From Spirochaetia bacterium (GTDB lineage Bacteria; Spirochaetota; Spirochaetia; SZUA-6; Bin103), in contig CBDBDQ010000005.1 in the NCBI GenBank assembly GCA_965203905.1, positions 6,368,001 through 6,432,000 on the forward strand: a stretch of 64,000 nt of DNA, written 5' to 3'. Under the pieces are notes generated by a model. The model did not search any database, was not told where the DNA came from, and saw only the letters and a program-made list of their open reading frames with translations. Shown one piece after another: positions 30,489 to 39,670 of this stretch; position 1 is the stretch's first letter; each line of letters starts with the position of its first letter. Made by a program: the position numbers and the translations under genes.

Positions 30489-31462
30489 CAGAACAGCCCC
30501 TTGCCGGTGAGCCGCTTGCTGAGCTTGTTGACGGTGAGCAGGATCGCCAGGTTGATCACCGACTTGAACAGGCCCGCGGCGGTGGCGTAGGAGTAGCGGC
30601 CGTGCTCCAGACCAACCCGCAGGATCAGCGTGTCCAGGATGTCCGACACGCCGCGGTTGAACTGGTTGCCGAGCACGAACACCTGGTCGAAGGTGTCGCC
30701 GGTGCCCTGCATGATCTGCGAGCAGCGCAGGATCAGCAGGATCATGAAGGTGCCGAGCAGGTGCGGCCAGGTGATGTGAATCGCCTTGATCCAGCGCCCG
30801 CCGCCGTCGATCTCGCACGCCTCGTACATCTCCTGGTCGATGCCGGCGATCACCGCCAGGTAGATGATCGAGCCCCAGCCTACCTCCTTCCAGAAGTCGG
30901 ACAGGACCAGCAGCGGCCAGAAGAACGACTTGTCGGCGATCAGGTCGATCGGCTCAGCGACCAGCCCGATGCTGAGCAGCAGCGCGTTGAGCGGTGATTC
31001 CGGGGTGGGTCGCAGAAAGTTGTACATCATGCCGCCCACCACCACCCAGGAGATGAAGTGCGGGAGGTAGGAAACGGTCTGCATCGTCTTCTTGAAGCCG
31101 GGCTGGATCACCTCGTTCAGCATCAGCGCCAGCATCACCGGCGGCAGCGAGAGCAGCCCCAGCTTGAGCACCGAGATCACCAGGGTGTTGCGCAATACCA
31201 CGCTGAAGTTGGGCGCCTTGAAGAAATCGATGAAGTGCTCCAAGCCGCCGTTGAAGGCCCACGGACTGGCCCAGATGCCGGTGAACACGTCGTAGCGCTT
31301 GAAGGCGATGATGATGCCGTAGAGCGGCAGGTAGTTGAACAGAATGGTGGCCAGCAGCGACGGCAGGATCATCAGGTGCAGCATGTGGATGCCCTGGTCG
31401 GCCCACTTCCGCCGTCTGCGCGTGAGCAGTCCGGCCCGGGTCTGTTGGGTGAGTTCGCTCAT
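30488..31462 (-). CDS. Carbohydrate ABC permease (LplB/MalF-like)
   Basis: QTVSYLPHFISWVV, WKEVGWGSIIYLA, ATAAGLFKS. Confidence 0.92.
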   Translation of the reverse strand: MSELTQQTRAGLLTRRRRKWADQGIHMLHLMILPSLLATILFNYLPLYGIIIAFKRYDVFTGIWASPWAFNGGLEHFIDFFKAPNFSVVLRNTLVISVLKLGLLSLPPVMLALMLNEVIQPGFKKTMQTVSYLPHFISWVVVGGMMYNFLRPTPESPLNALLLSIGLVAEPIDLIADKSFFWPLLVLSDFWKEVGWGSIIYLAVIAGIDQEMYEACEIDGGGRWIKAIHITWPHLLGTFMILLILRCSQIMQGTGDTFDQVFVLGNQFNRGVSDILDTLILRVGLEHGRYSYATAAGLFKSVINLAILLTVNKLSKRLTGKGLF

Positions 31463-31547
31463 CGCGCCACCAGTAGTAGCAAAGGGGCGGCGTCGCGCGT
31501 CGGCTACGCGCGCCACCACCCCTCGCGGTTGCTAAACGGGTCGACCC

Positions 31548-33260
31548 CTACAGGCCGACGCTGTACTTCTCGACGCGCGCGTCGTGTCCGTCCAGCACCT
31601 GGGTGTACCAGGCATTGAGCTTGGCCAGACCCAGATCGCGCATGGTGGAGATCATCGCGTCGTAGCCGGCCTGAACCTGGTCAGCCGGCCCTGAAATGAT
31701 CTCGAAGATCTGCGTGCTGTAGTAGTCCTTGATGGTCGCCGCGATCTTCTCCTCCTCGGAACCGGCGGTGTAGTTGTCCACGCCGCGGAACTTCGTCAGG
31801 TCGGTGTAGTTGGCGAACGCGGTCGAGTAGACCTGCTGCCCGACGTCGTCCAGGAACATGAAGCCCTGCGACTCGCCCCAGTACTTGTCGCGGAACAGGT
31901 ACATGGCGGTCAGGCCGTACTTGGCGCGCGACACCTGCGGCGGGTGCTCCGACATGTACTCGCGCACGTGGTCTCTCACCACCGGGATGTCCCAGCCTTC
32001 CACGACTCTCGGATCGGAGTGGACGCCCTCGATCCCGAAGATGATGCGCTTCTGGGTCAGATCCTGGGCCAGGTAGTCCAGCCACTGGATCGCCCGGTCG
32101 GGGCGCTCGGCCTGGTTGGTGATCATCGTCACGCGGCCGCCGGTGCCGCCGCGCAGGTCATCGATCTCGTACTTCATGTGCGGCTCGATGGTGAATGCCG
32201 GCAGCATGACGTAGCGCAGGCTCTCCACGCCGATCTTCTCGGCCAGCGGCGCCCGCGCCTCGATGAAGGTCGGGTTCTTGTGGATCCCGGCCGCGTTGTC
32301 GGCGTCCTGGTTCAGCTCCGAGAAAATCTTGGTGAGCATGTTGCCCCAGAGCTGAGGCTGCTTCTCCGTGAACTCCGTGCGCGCGATGAGCTGCTCGTTG
32401 TACAGGGTGTTGGCGAACTGCAGCACCTTCACGAAGTCTTCGTGCTCCCAGTACTTGTACCACACGCCATCGTCCCCCTTGAAGAAACGCTGGTTGAGGC
32501 CGCCCAACGGCAGCGAGCGTTCCACCAGGCGGGGATTGCCGTCCTTGTCCGGCGACGGGCCGCGCAGCGACTGCACCGGCGTCAGCTCGGGGAACTCCTG
32601 CTTCACCCGCCGCAACAGGTCGATGTAGTCGTCGGTGTTGTTGATCTCCGGCGCGCCGAGGTGCTCATACACTTCCTTGAGCACGGTCACGCCCTGCATC
32701 GCCTTGAGCAGGAACGGGCTCTGGAGCTGCTTGTCGGTCACGTAGTAGGCGGGATGGCCGTAGAAGCCCATGGTGTCGAAGTGCATCCGGTAGTACAGGC
32801 GGATGCGGCTGTCCCAGTGGTCCATGTACTTGGGCGCGAACTTCTGGCTCAGCGCCTCCAGGTCGTGCACCAGGCCGCGCTGGACGAGCTGGGTGGCCTG
32901 CTGCAGGTTGTGGCTCAGCCACATCATGTCGGGCAGATCGCCGGAGGCGATCAGCACGTTGAGCATCGTCTGGTCGCTGTCGGGCGAGAAGGTCATGTCG
33001 AAGTCGACGCCCGTGTCCTCCACGAACACCTGGGTGATCTCGTCGTCGCCGTAGTGCTCGTTGAGATTGCTGTCGCTGCCCGCCATGCCGTCGAAGAAGA
33101 AGGTCAGCGTGATCGGGCTGGTGTCGGTGGTCCAGCTCGGATCGGCGATGACCATGTCCTCGGCGGCGGCGCCCTCTTCGGTGCCGGAGGCCCAGCCGGT
33201 CACGCTCAGCGCAAGCAGCAGGGCCAGTACGATGCCGGCGATGCCGGTCAGCTTTCTCAT
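31548..33260 (-). CDS. Extracellular oligosaccharide-binding protein (LplA-like)
   Basis: Signal peptide ...WASG; LIASGDLPD; FGIEGVH; first gene of the operon. Confidence 0.85.
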   Translation of the reverse strand: MRKLTGIAGIVLALLLALSVTGWASGTEEGAAAEDMVIADPSWTTDTSPITLTFFFDGMAGSDSNLNEHYGDDEITQVFVEDTGVDFDMTFSPDSDQTMLNVLIASGDLPDMMWLSHNLQQATQLVQRGLVHDLEALSQKFAPKYMDHWDSRIRLYYRMHFDTMGFYGHPAYYVTDKQLQSPFLLKAMQGVTVLKEVYEHLGAPEINNTDDYIDLLRRVKQEFPELTPVQSLRGPSPDKDGNPRLVERSLPLGGLNQRFFKGDDGVWYKYWEHEDFVKVLQFANTLYNEQLIARTEFTEKQPQLWGNMLTKIFSELNQDADNAAGIHKNPTFIEARAPLAEKIGVESLRYVMLPAFTIEPHMKYEIDDLRGGTGGRVTMITNQAERPDRAIQWLDYLAQDLTQKRIIFGIEGVHSDPRVVEGWDIPVVRDHVREYMSEHPPQVSRAKYGLTAMYLFRDKYWGESQGFMFLDDVGQQVYSTAFANYTDLTKFRGVDNYTAGSEEEKIAATIKDYYSTQIFEIISGPADQVQAGYDAMISTMRDLGLAKLNAWYTQVLDGHDARVEKYSVGL

Positions 33261-33408
33261 AGAATTCCCCCTCTATGAATGTGATAGTGCAGCCGGATCA
33301 TTGGCGATCCACGTTCCACGTGTCAAGAATGTCGGCCTGGTCGTTGACCTGGGGCGACGTGCGGGACACCCTGAGAGCGGTCGAGCGTTGCGGGAGAAAG
33401 GCAGTCAG

Positions 33409-33786
33409 ATGGGATTGAGGGATGAAATCAAGCGGCAGGTGAAGGTGTGCCTCGACGAGCTGCGGTGCCACGCGCTGCGCGAGGAAAGCCTGCGGCGCAT
33501 CGCGGAGCTGGCAGACGGGCTCGCGGGCGGCCGGCAGGACCTGCTCTACCTGCAGGCCGAGCAGACCTCGGTCACGAGCAGGGTGATCGGCATGAGCATG
33601 TTCGTCGGCGGCGAGTTCTCGGACGGCCCCGACGACCCGGACGACTGGCCGTATCAGACGGTCGCCGAGGCCATGGCCGACGGCTGGCGGATCGTCAAGT
33701 TCCCGGAGCTGGCGATCCTGCTCGACGACCGGCGTACCTACGGACTCGGCTGCGAGTTCATCCTGGAGCAGTGGAGGGGGACATGA
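33409..33786 (+). CDS. Hypothetical protein coupled to PhyH
   Basis: RQDLLYL...PYQTVAEAMADGWRIVKFP...EFILEQ; ATGA overlap with the next gene. Confidence 0.7.
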   Translation: MGLRDEIKRQVKVCLDELRCHALREESLRRIAELADGLAGGRQDLLYLQAEQTSVTSRVIGMSMFVGGEFSDGPDDPDDWPYQTVAEAMADGWRIVKFPELAILLDDRRTYGLGCEFILEQWRGT

Positions 33787-34634
33787 TGCTGCATGACTGC
33801 GATCCGACCATGACCGACACCCAGGTCCTGGAGTTCTGCAAGAAGGGTTTCCTGATGCTGGAAGGAGTCGTCGCCGACGACATCAACCGGCGCACCGTCG
33901 AGTTCGTGGAGACGAGAAGCAGGGAGCCGAGCGAGATCCTGGAGCAGGACTGGTTCATGGACCACGTAATCCTGCAGCCCGACGCGGCCGGAGCCGTGCG
34001 CTCGCTGCTCGGACGCGACTTCGGCCTGCCGGTCCTGGTGAGCAATCACCGGGTCACCTGCCCCTCGCCGCGGCAGTATTGGCACCGGGACGGCAACTCC
34101 CCTCACGGACCGGCGCTGAGGTACCTGCAGGTGTTCTACTACCCGGAGGATGTCCCGCGTGAGATGGGCCCGACGGAGGTGCTGCCCGGATCCCACTTTC
34201 TCTACACCAACGGACAGTCCCCACAGAATTACATGGGCCACTACGGCGCGATCCGCGGGTCGCACTACACCACCGCGCCGGCGGGGACGATCTTCCTGAC
34301 GGTCTACTCGATCTGGCATCGCCGCAGCGAGTCGACCGCCTCCGGGGTCCGCAACAACCTGAAGTACAACTACTTCCGCACGGCGCCGCCGGAGCGGGAC
34401 TGGATCCGCGAACGGGACTTCGACTTCGCCACCGCGGACTACGGCTTCGGCGAGCCCCTCACCTACCGCCAGCAGCACCGCGACACCGTCGACAACGCGG
34501 AGATGTTCTGCTGGCTGTGCGGCAAGACGGAGCAGTTCCGCACGCTGGGCGGCCAGGGGTGGCCGGTGCCCAACTCGGACGGCCACGCGCTCATCGCGCC
34601 GCCCTACGGCGTGCCCGAAGGGCTGGACCGGTAG
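33783..34634 (+). CDS. Phytanoyl-CoA dioxygenase (PhyH) family Fe/2OG enzyme
   Basis: FCKKGFL, WHRDG (HxD), GPTEVLPGSH, IWHRRS, distal R. Confidence 0.88.
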   Translation: MMLHDCDPTMTDTQVLEFCKKGFLMLEGVVADDINRRTVEFVETRSREPSEILEQDWFMDHVILQPDAAGAVRSLLGRDFGLPVLVSNHRVTCPSPRQYWHRDGNSPHGPALRYLQVFYYPEDVPREMGPTEVLPGSHFLYTNGQSPQNYMGHYGAIRGSHYTTAPAGTIFLTVYSIWHRRSESTASGVRNNLKYNYFRTAPPERDWIRERDFDFATADYGFGEPLTYRQQHRDTVDNAEMFCWLCGKTEQFRTLGGQGWPVPNSDGHALIAPPYGVPEGLDR

Positions 34635-34726
34635 CGCCCTGGCAACCGCTCTGTGACAGTCAACCGGATCCTATCCGGGGAGCGGTCGCCGCGGATCACC
34701 GAGACATGCCTCATCGCGAGCCCATC

Positions 34727-34900
34727 TCACGCCGACCGGGAGGTCAATCTCGCGAAGAGCTCACGCTGTCCCCCTACGGATGCATAACTTGCGCACCGCG
34801 GGATTACCGGTCGTGGACACGCTCCCGCGTGCGCAAATTCATGTCGCCAGAACCTGTTTAATCGTTCTTGTGGCTCCTCGGCCTTCACGATTTGTTTCAT
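34727..34900 (-). pseudogene. Remnant of the PtuB-like (TIGR02646-type) HNH gene
   Basis: ATG overlaps the ptuA stop. Starts MKQIVKAEEPQ as this family does, but the 57-aa ORF has no Cys/HNH motifs. Confidence 0.55.
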
Positions 34901-36144
34901 GTGCCGAGGACCTCTTTGCGGCGGATCAGGATATCTGCCTTCACCAAGTCCGGGTCGCGTCCGATCGTTCGCCCCATATCATTTAGCAGGAGCTTGGCAT
35001 CCTCCAACCTCCCACGTTCAATAGCATCGAATAACTTGATGAGTTGATTCTTGGTTTCTTGGGGCCGTTCCGGGACGCCCATGATGTCCTCAAGTATCCG
35101 GCTAGCGGTCTGCCCATATGAGTCCTCGGGCCTCTTGGCGGTAACCTGAGTTCCGACTCGCTCTAGAAGCCAAATGCACGTCCGATCCAGGTGACCGAGT
35201 ACCTGCGGGGAGTGGGTTGACAACAGAAACTGACAGTTGGGAAATGCTTCCCTTAGTGCCGTAACGATGTGGCGCTGCCATCCTGGGTGCAGGTGGAGAT
35301 CTATTTCATCAATTAAGACGACAGCTTCGCCGTTCAGGGGATCCTCAGCATTTGGATTGGCGATGGCCATACGTCGGGCGAGATCGCCCGCCATTGCGAG
35401 TGTGCACTTCTCGCCATCGGAGAGTTGGCTGACGATGAGTTCCCTCCCGTCCTTTTCTACTACCATGCGTAGTGGCGACCGTCTGACCTTCAATCCCTTG
35501 AACCCGGGAAGGAACTTCTCGGCTGCTTTTCGTACCGCTCGAAGATGCGGATCTCGGTATCTTGGTCTGTCCAGGCGTCGTTCGTTCTCAAGATCTTCTC
35601 GTTCCCTAAACCATTCGAAGAATATTCGAAAACTGCTCCACTTTCCCGACAGTGCTTGATCATATGCCGCAAGTCGGTCAAACTGATGTCTCGTCCTGAT
35701 GCGCAGAGGTATATCTAAGACGGCACGGTTCACAGGGTAATACACAGCAATCGGAAGGCTAACAGACTCATCTACTTCCAGTCTTGTGCGGAACACATCT
35801 ATGTGTTTCTTCAGGTCACCGAGCCCTGTGATTGTCTGTCCTCTGCTTCCGCGTCGGGCCTTGGTAACGCTCCATTGGACGACTTCCCCTTGGAAAAAGA
35901 TCTCTATTTCATTCCTTGTCTCCGATTTGCCATTTGTGATATCGGCATCGACAAAGAACCGTCCGGTCCCGGCCGACGACCGTATCCTACCGATTAGACG
36001 AGAAAGCATGATAGCTGCGCAATCGAGTATCGCAGACTTTCCGGCGCCATTGACTCCGACTAGTACATTCACGCCGTCGTCAAACTCCAGCTCAAGGCCG
36101 GGGATGCCTCTGAAATGCTCAACTCTCAGGTGTTTCAGCTTCAA
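34897..36144 (-). CDS. Septu/retron PtuA-like AAA(ABC) ATPase; GC visibly lower than flanks
   Basis: GVNGAGKS, YYPVNR, FFEWF..RED.ENE, QLSDGEK, DLARR, IDEIDLHLHPGWQ, STHSPQV. Confidence 0.85.
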   Translation of the reverse strand: MKLKHLRVEHFRGIPGLELEFDDGVNVLVGVNGAGKSAILDCAAIMLSRLIGRIRSSAGTGRFFVDADITNGKSETRNEIEIFFQGEVVQWSVTKARRGSRGQTITGLGDLKKHIDVFRTRLEVDESVSLPIAVYYPVNRAVLDIPLRIRTRHQFDRLAAYDQALSGKWSSFRIFFEWFREREDLENERRLDRPRYRDPHLRAVRKAAEKFLPGFKGLKVRRSPLRMVVEKDGRELIVSQLSDGEKCTLAMAGDLARRMAIANPNAEDPLNGEAVVLIDEIDLHLHPGWQRHIVTALREAFPNCQFLLSTHSPQVLGHLDRTCIWLLERVGTQVTAKRPEDSYGQTASRILEDIMGVPERPQETKNQLIKLFDAIERGRLEDAKLLLNDMGRTIGRDPDLVKADILIRRKEVLGT

Positions 36145-36298
36145 TTTGGCTCAGCTCCCGTGGTCCACATCGTCACAGAATCGCATCGTTGGAAGCGCCG
36201 AGACTCCTGTGTGAGCGAGGACTCGATTCCACGGAGACGTGCTGCATGGTCAGCGGACGTAGGATACTATCAGGTATCGACCTTGCTCTATGGGTGTG

Positions 36299-36328
36299 AT
36301 TGTTTCACCGGAATTAGGCTTCTGTCAA
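36299..36328 (-). promoter_or_regulatory. Putative sigma70 promoter for ptuA
   Basis: TTGACA-18 nt-AACAAT with an upstream TG. Confidence 0.45.
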
Positions 36329-36504
36329 GTTCTTGGGCCAGCCCATTGCCGTGTGAATGTACTATGTTGGGTGCGGCGGGAGGTAGCCTTGCACAGGCCA
36401 TTTGTGCACGGCGTGAGGCTCCCAGTACAGTACACTATCAGCGGTACAACGGTGGCGACCCCTTGACGCGCGGGGATGGTCGCGCTTAGTTGTCGCCACG
36501 TGCC

Positions 36505-37218
36505 ATGCGGGTAACCATACTGGCCGCCATACAGGAAGAGGTGGACGCCTTCCGCAGCGCCTACGAGCTGCTGCCGGCCGCCGGTCCGGCGCCGTTCGCC
36601 GGCCACCGCTTTCGGCATGGCGCCATCGAGGTCCTGCTGCTGCGTGCCGGCGTGGGCAAAGCGTCTGCCGCCATGGTGGCGCAGTACGCCGTCGACCGAG
36701 AGCGTCCCGACTGCCTGCTGGTCACCGGCATCGCGGGCAGCATCCGGCCCGGGCTGGCGCTGGGCGACGTGGTGGTGAGCCGCGACTGCGTGCAGCACGA
36801 CCTGGACGCCACCGCCCTGGGAATCCCCCTGGGACAGGTTCCGTTCACCGACCACCGCTTCCTGGCGGCCGATCCAAGGCTGGTGGCGCTGGCCCTGGCC
36901 ACGCCGGTGGCAGGGCAGCGGGTGGTGGCGGGACGGATCCTCACCGGGGACCAGTTCATCACCGCCGCCGACGCGGCGCAGCAGCGTCGGCTGCGCTCGC
37001 TGGAAGGCGACGTCGTGGAGATGGAGGGCGCCGCGATCGCCCTGGTGGCGACGGTAAACCGGGTCCCGTTCGTGATCATCCGCTCGGTGTCCGACCGCGC
37101 CGACGCCGCCGCTCCGGCCGACTTCGGCGCCTGGCTGCGCCGGGCGGCAGCCAACTCCTACACGGTATGCGCCGGCATCCTCGCGGGGTTGGCAGCCCGG
37201 CCTCGCCCCAGAAACTGA
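36505..37218 (+). CDS. mtnN: 5'-methylthioadenosine/SAH nucleosidase
   Basis: AIQEE, GVGKASAA, TGIAG, QHD.D, TGDQF, VEMEGAA, IRSVSD.AD. Confidence 0.92.
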   Translation: MRVTILAAIQEEVDAFRSAYELLPAAGPAPFAGHRFRHGAIEVLLLRAGVGKASAAMVAQYAVDRERPDCLLVTGIAGSIRPGLALGDVVVSRDCVQHDLDATALGIPLGQVPFTDHRFLAADPRLVALALATPVAGQRVVAGRILTGDQFITAADAAQQRRLRSLEGDVVEMEGAAIALVATVNRVPFVIIRSVSDRADAAAPADFGAWLRRAAANSYTVCAGILAGLAARPRPRN

Positions 37219-38207
37219 TCGCGGCCGGCGACCAGCGCCCGCAGCTTGCCGTCGGCCACCGGCCGCGGCAGCATGCGCAGGCCGCAGTCGGGGTGCAGGT
37301 AGCCGATCCGCTCCCCTCCCACGGTCCGTGCCAGCGCCTCGATGCGGCGCGCCACCTGGTCGGCTGTCTCGATCTGCAGGTCCTTGACGTCGATCACCCC
37401 GAGGCCCAGCCGGAGGTCGTCGCGCAACTCGCGCAGCCGGGTCAGTTCCGCCGCCGGCCGGCGCGTGGTCTCCAGCACCAGGTGCTGGCACTGCAGGGCG
37501 TTCATGAAGCCGAGCAGGCGGCCGTAGTCGCCGCGCTGGATCATCTGACCGCCGTAGTTGCCGAAGCACAGGTGCACCGCCCGCTCCACGCCGCGCTCGG
37601 CACCCGCCAGCACCCGGTTCACGGCGGCAGCGGCCAGCGCCGCGTCCTGCGGCGAGCCGGGCAGGTTCGGCTCGTCCACCTGCACCACCGCGGCGTCGAT
37701 GCCGGCGAGCTGTCCGGCGAGCAGCTCGGCGAACGCCAGCGCCAGGCTCTCCAGGTCGCCGTAGTGCGCGTCGGCCACGGTCTTGGCGATCAGGTAGGGG
37801 CTGCTGACGGTGAACTTGAGCGGCACGCCGGTGCGGCCCCGGGCCAGTTCCCAATCGCGCCGCAGGTCGAGCCGGCCGTCGCCCAGCGGTGCGACCACCA
37901 CGCCGGGCGGCGCGCTGCGATAGGTCAACTCGCCGCGCGCACGCCAAGCGGCGAGTTGACCGCGGGTCAGCTCCGCGCGTACCCCCTCCAACGGGCGCAC
38001 GAAGCGCTCCACCATGCCCCCCGGGGCACGCCGCTGCAGGTCCCAGCGGCCCAGCTCGCCGTCGGAGATCAGCTCGATGCCGGCTCGCCGCTGGGCCTCC
38101 ATCACCACCGTGAGGGCATCCTGCAGCGCCTCCTCGTCGGAGCAGCGCCGCAGCCACTCGGGGATGGGGTAGCTGCCGACGACGGTGGTCTTCACCGCGT
38201 GAGGCAC
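37158..38207 (-). CDS. Cobalamin-independent methionine synthase II family (single-barrel MetE-like)
   Basis: TTVVGSYP, SDGE, QVDEP; Zn ligands HLC, E and PDCG; GVIDV. Confidence 0.85.
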   Translation of the reverse strand: MPHAVKTTVVGSYPIPEWLRRCSDEEALQDALTVVMEAQRRAGIELISDGELGRWDLQRRAPGGMVERFVRPLEGVRAELTRGQLAAWRARGELTYRSAPPGVVVAPLGDGRLDLRRDWELARGRTGVPLKFTVSSPYLIAKTVADAHYGDLESLALAFAELLAGQLAGIDAAVVQVDEPNLPGSPQDAALAAAAVNRVLAGAERGVERAVHLCFGNYGGQMIQRGDYGRLLGFMNALQCQHLVLETTRRPAAELTRLRELRDDLRLGLGVIDVKDLQIETADQVARRIEALARTVGGERIGYLHPDCGLRMLPRPVADGKLRALVAGRDQFLGRGRAANPARMPAHTV

Positions 38208-38253
38208 CCCGGCGCGACGGCCCCGGCCGCCGCCACGGTCGCCGTCCGAGCGC

Positions 38254-39180
38254 CTACTCCCGCACGCCGCACTGCGCCGCCTCCCAGGCGCGGGCGCGGG
38301 CCGCGGTCACGGCGCCGTCGTAGGCAACCACGCGCAGCGCAGCCTCCCAGGTCTCCCCCTCCGCGACCACCACCTCGTCGTGCATGGTCGCGTTGAACAT
38401 CGCCATACCGTAGTCACGGACGAACCACGGACCGGTGCGGCAGTGGCCGGCGCTGTTGCTCAGGACCTGCAGGCACACGCCGAACCGGCCCAGGCCCGCC
38501 GGCTGCGCCTCGTACGCCACGAAATCGCGCTCCTTGCCGAACGCCACCTCGTCGGCACCGCCGCGCCAGATCTCGTCCCCCCTTCCGGCGACGACCTCGC
38601 CACCGAACGGCGGCAGGAGTTGCGGCTGCACGCGCACGCCCAGGGAGCCGTGCTTGTTGGCCTCGAAGCGCAGCGTGCCGTAGGCCGCGGTCTTGCGCGA
38701 GGTCACGTCGCAGATGGTGGCGTCCGGCGCTGCATGGAGGTCGAAGTGGCGCACCTCGTCCAGCACCGGGCGGTCGTCGCAGCCGTGCCAGGTGGTGCGG
38801 TAGGTGAAACGGTAGCCGCGGGGCAGCGGCGCAATGGCGGCCCGCTCCCGATAGCGAAGCTGCCCCAGGTGGTTGTAGACGTGCGCATCCGGGGAACGCC
38901 AGTCGGGATGCACCACCCAGTAGTTGGACAGCACCCCGCCGCACACGACCCGCGCCTGGGCCACGAACACCCCGGTGTGGAAGGAATGGTCGAACGGGTA
39001 CTCCTGGGCCACGCCCAGGCCGCGCGGTGTGTTCAGCGGATAGCACCACGCACGCAGGTCATTGTGGCCCACCCCGCCGAGCAGCCGACCGCTGGCCGTC
39101 TCCAGCACCATGTTGCCGAGCGCGTCGCCGTCGCCCGCGCGCCTGATCTCGTAGCCGTTTCCCTGCCCCATCGGCGCCAT
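38254..39180 (-). CDS. DUF6807 ('PmoA'-annotated) family protein, probably carbohydrate-related
   Basis: YPL.TP.G, DHSFHTG, SLGVR, WFVRDYG. Confidence 0.6.
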   Translation of the reverse strand: MAPMGQGNGYEIRRAGDGDALGNMVLETASGRLLGGVGHNDLRAWCYPLNTPRGLGVAQEYPFDHSFHTGVFVAQARVVCGGVLSNYWVVHPDWRSPDAHVYNHLGQLRYRERAAIAPLPRGYRFTYRTTWHGCDDRPVLDEVRHFDLHAAPDATICDVTSRKTAAYGTLRFEANKHGSLGVRVQPQLLPPFGGEVVAGRGDEIWRGGADEVAFGKERDFVAYEAQPAGLGRFGVCLQVLSNSAGHCRTGPWFVRDYGMAMFNATMHDEVVVAEGETWEAALRVVAYDGAVTAARARAWEAAQCGVRE

Positions 39181-39232
39181 GGTGCCCGAGGCCGCCGGCT
39201 GCGTCCACCGCGCCTGACCGGTGGGACGTGAT

Positions 39233-39670
39233 CTACGGCCCGGTGAGCTCCTCCGCGCCGGAGCCGGAATCGACGCTTGTCGGCCCGGCACCGACTTGAA
39301 ATCCAAGCGCCGACGCCACTCCATGTTGCCGACAGTCGAGGGTTACGAAGCCGATCTCCGCCGGTTTCGGAGCGACGTAGAGCGCAGTAGCGACATGCCA
39401 CAGATCCGCGCCACGCAGGTAGCCTGCCTCCAGCGCTCGCGCCAACTCGCCGGCGAGCGGCCGATCCGGCAGGATCCAATCGATCCTGGCGAGCACGTCC
39501 ACCTCGAACTCCTGCTGCTCGCGGGCGAACGCCGCGCGTAGTTCTGCCTCCAAGAGATTCGATGACAACAGCCGCGAAAAGCCGTCCAGGCGTTCGCCGG
39601 TCTCCTCGCCACAAGGCTCGTCGAACGCGATGGCGACGAGCGCTGACGTATCGACGTATGCGATGCTCAC
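39233..39670 (-). CDS. vapC: PIN-domain VapC toxin
   Basis: AYVDTSAL, E, LRGADLWHVATA, TLD; ATG overlaps the antitoxin stop. Confidence 0.85.
   Translation of the reverse strand: MSIAYVDTSALVAIAFDEPCGEETGERLDGFSRLLSSNLLEAELRAAFAREQQEFEVDVLARIDWILPDRPLAGELARALEAGYLRGADLWHVATALYVAPKPAEIGFVTLDCRQHGVASALGFQVGAGPTSVDSGSGAEELTGP

Noticed and set aside
34641-34690. Hairpin GGCAACCGCTC...GAGCGGTCGCC after PhyH
   Set aside because: Most simply a transcript 3'-end hairpin; nothing points to more.
34727-36490. Complete retron system
   Set aside because: No RT ORF (no YADD motif), and the HNH gene is truncated.
38254-39180. Methane monooxygenase (from the 'PmoA' family label)
   Set aside because: Soluble-looking protein with no pmoB/pmoC; the family name is not evidence of methanotrophy.
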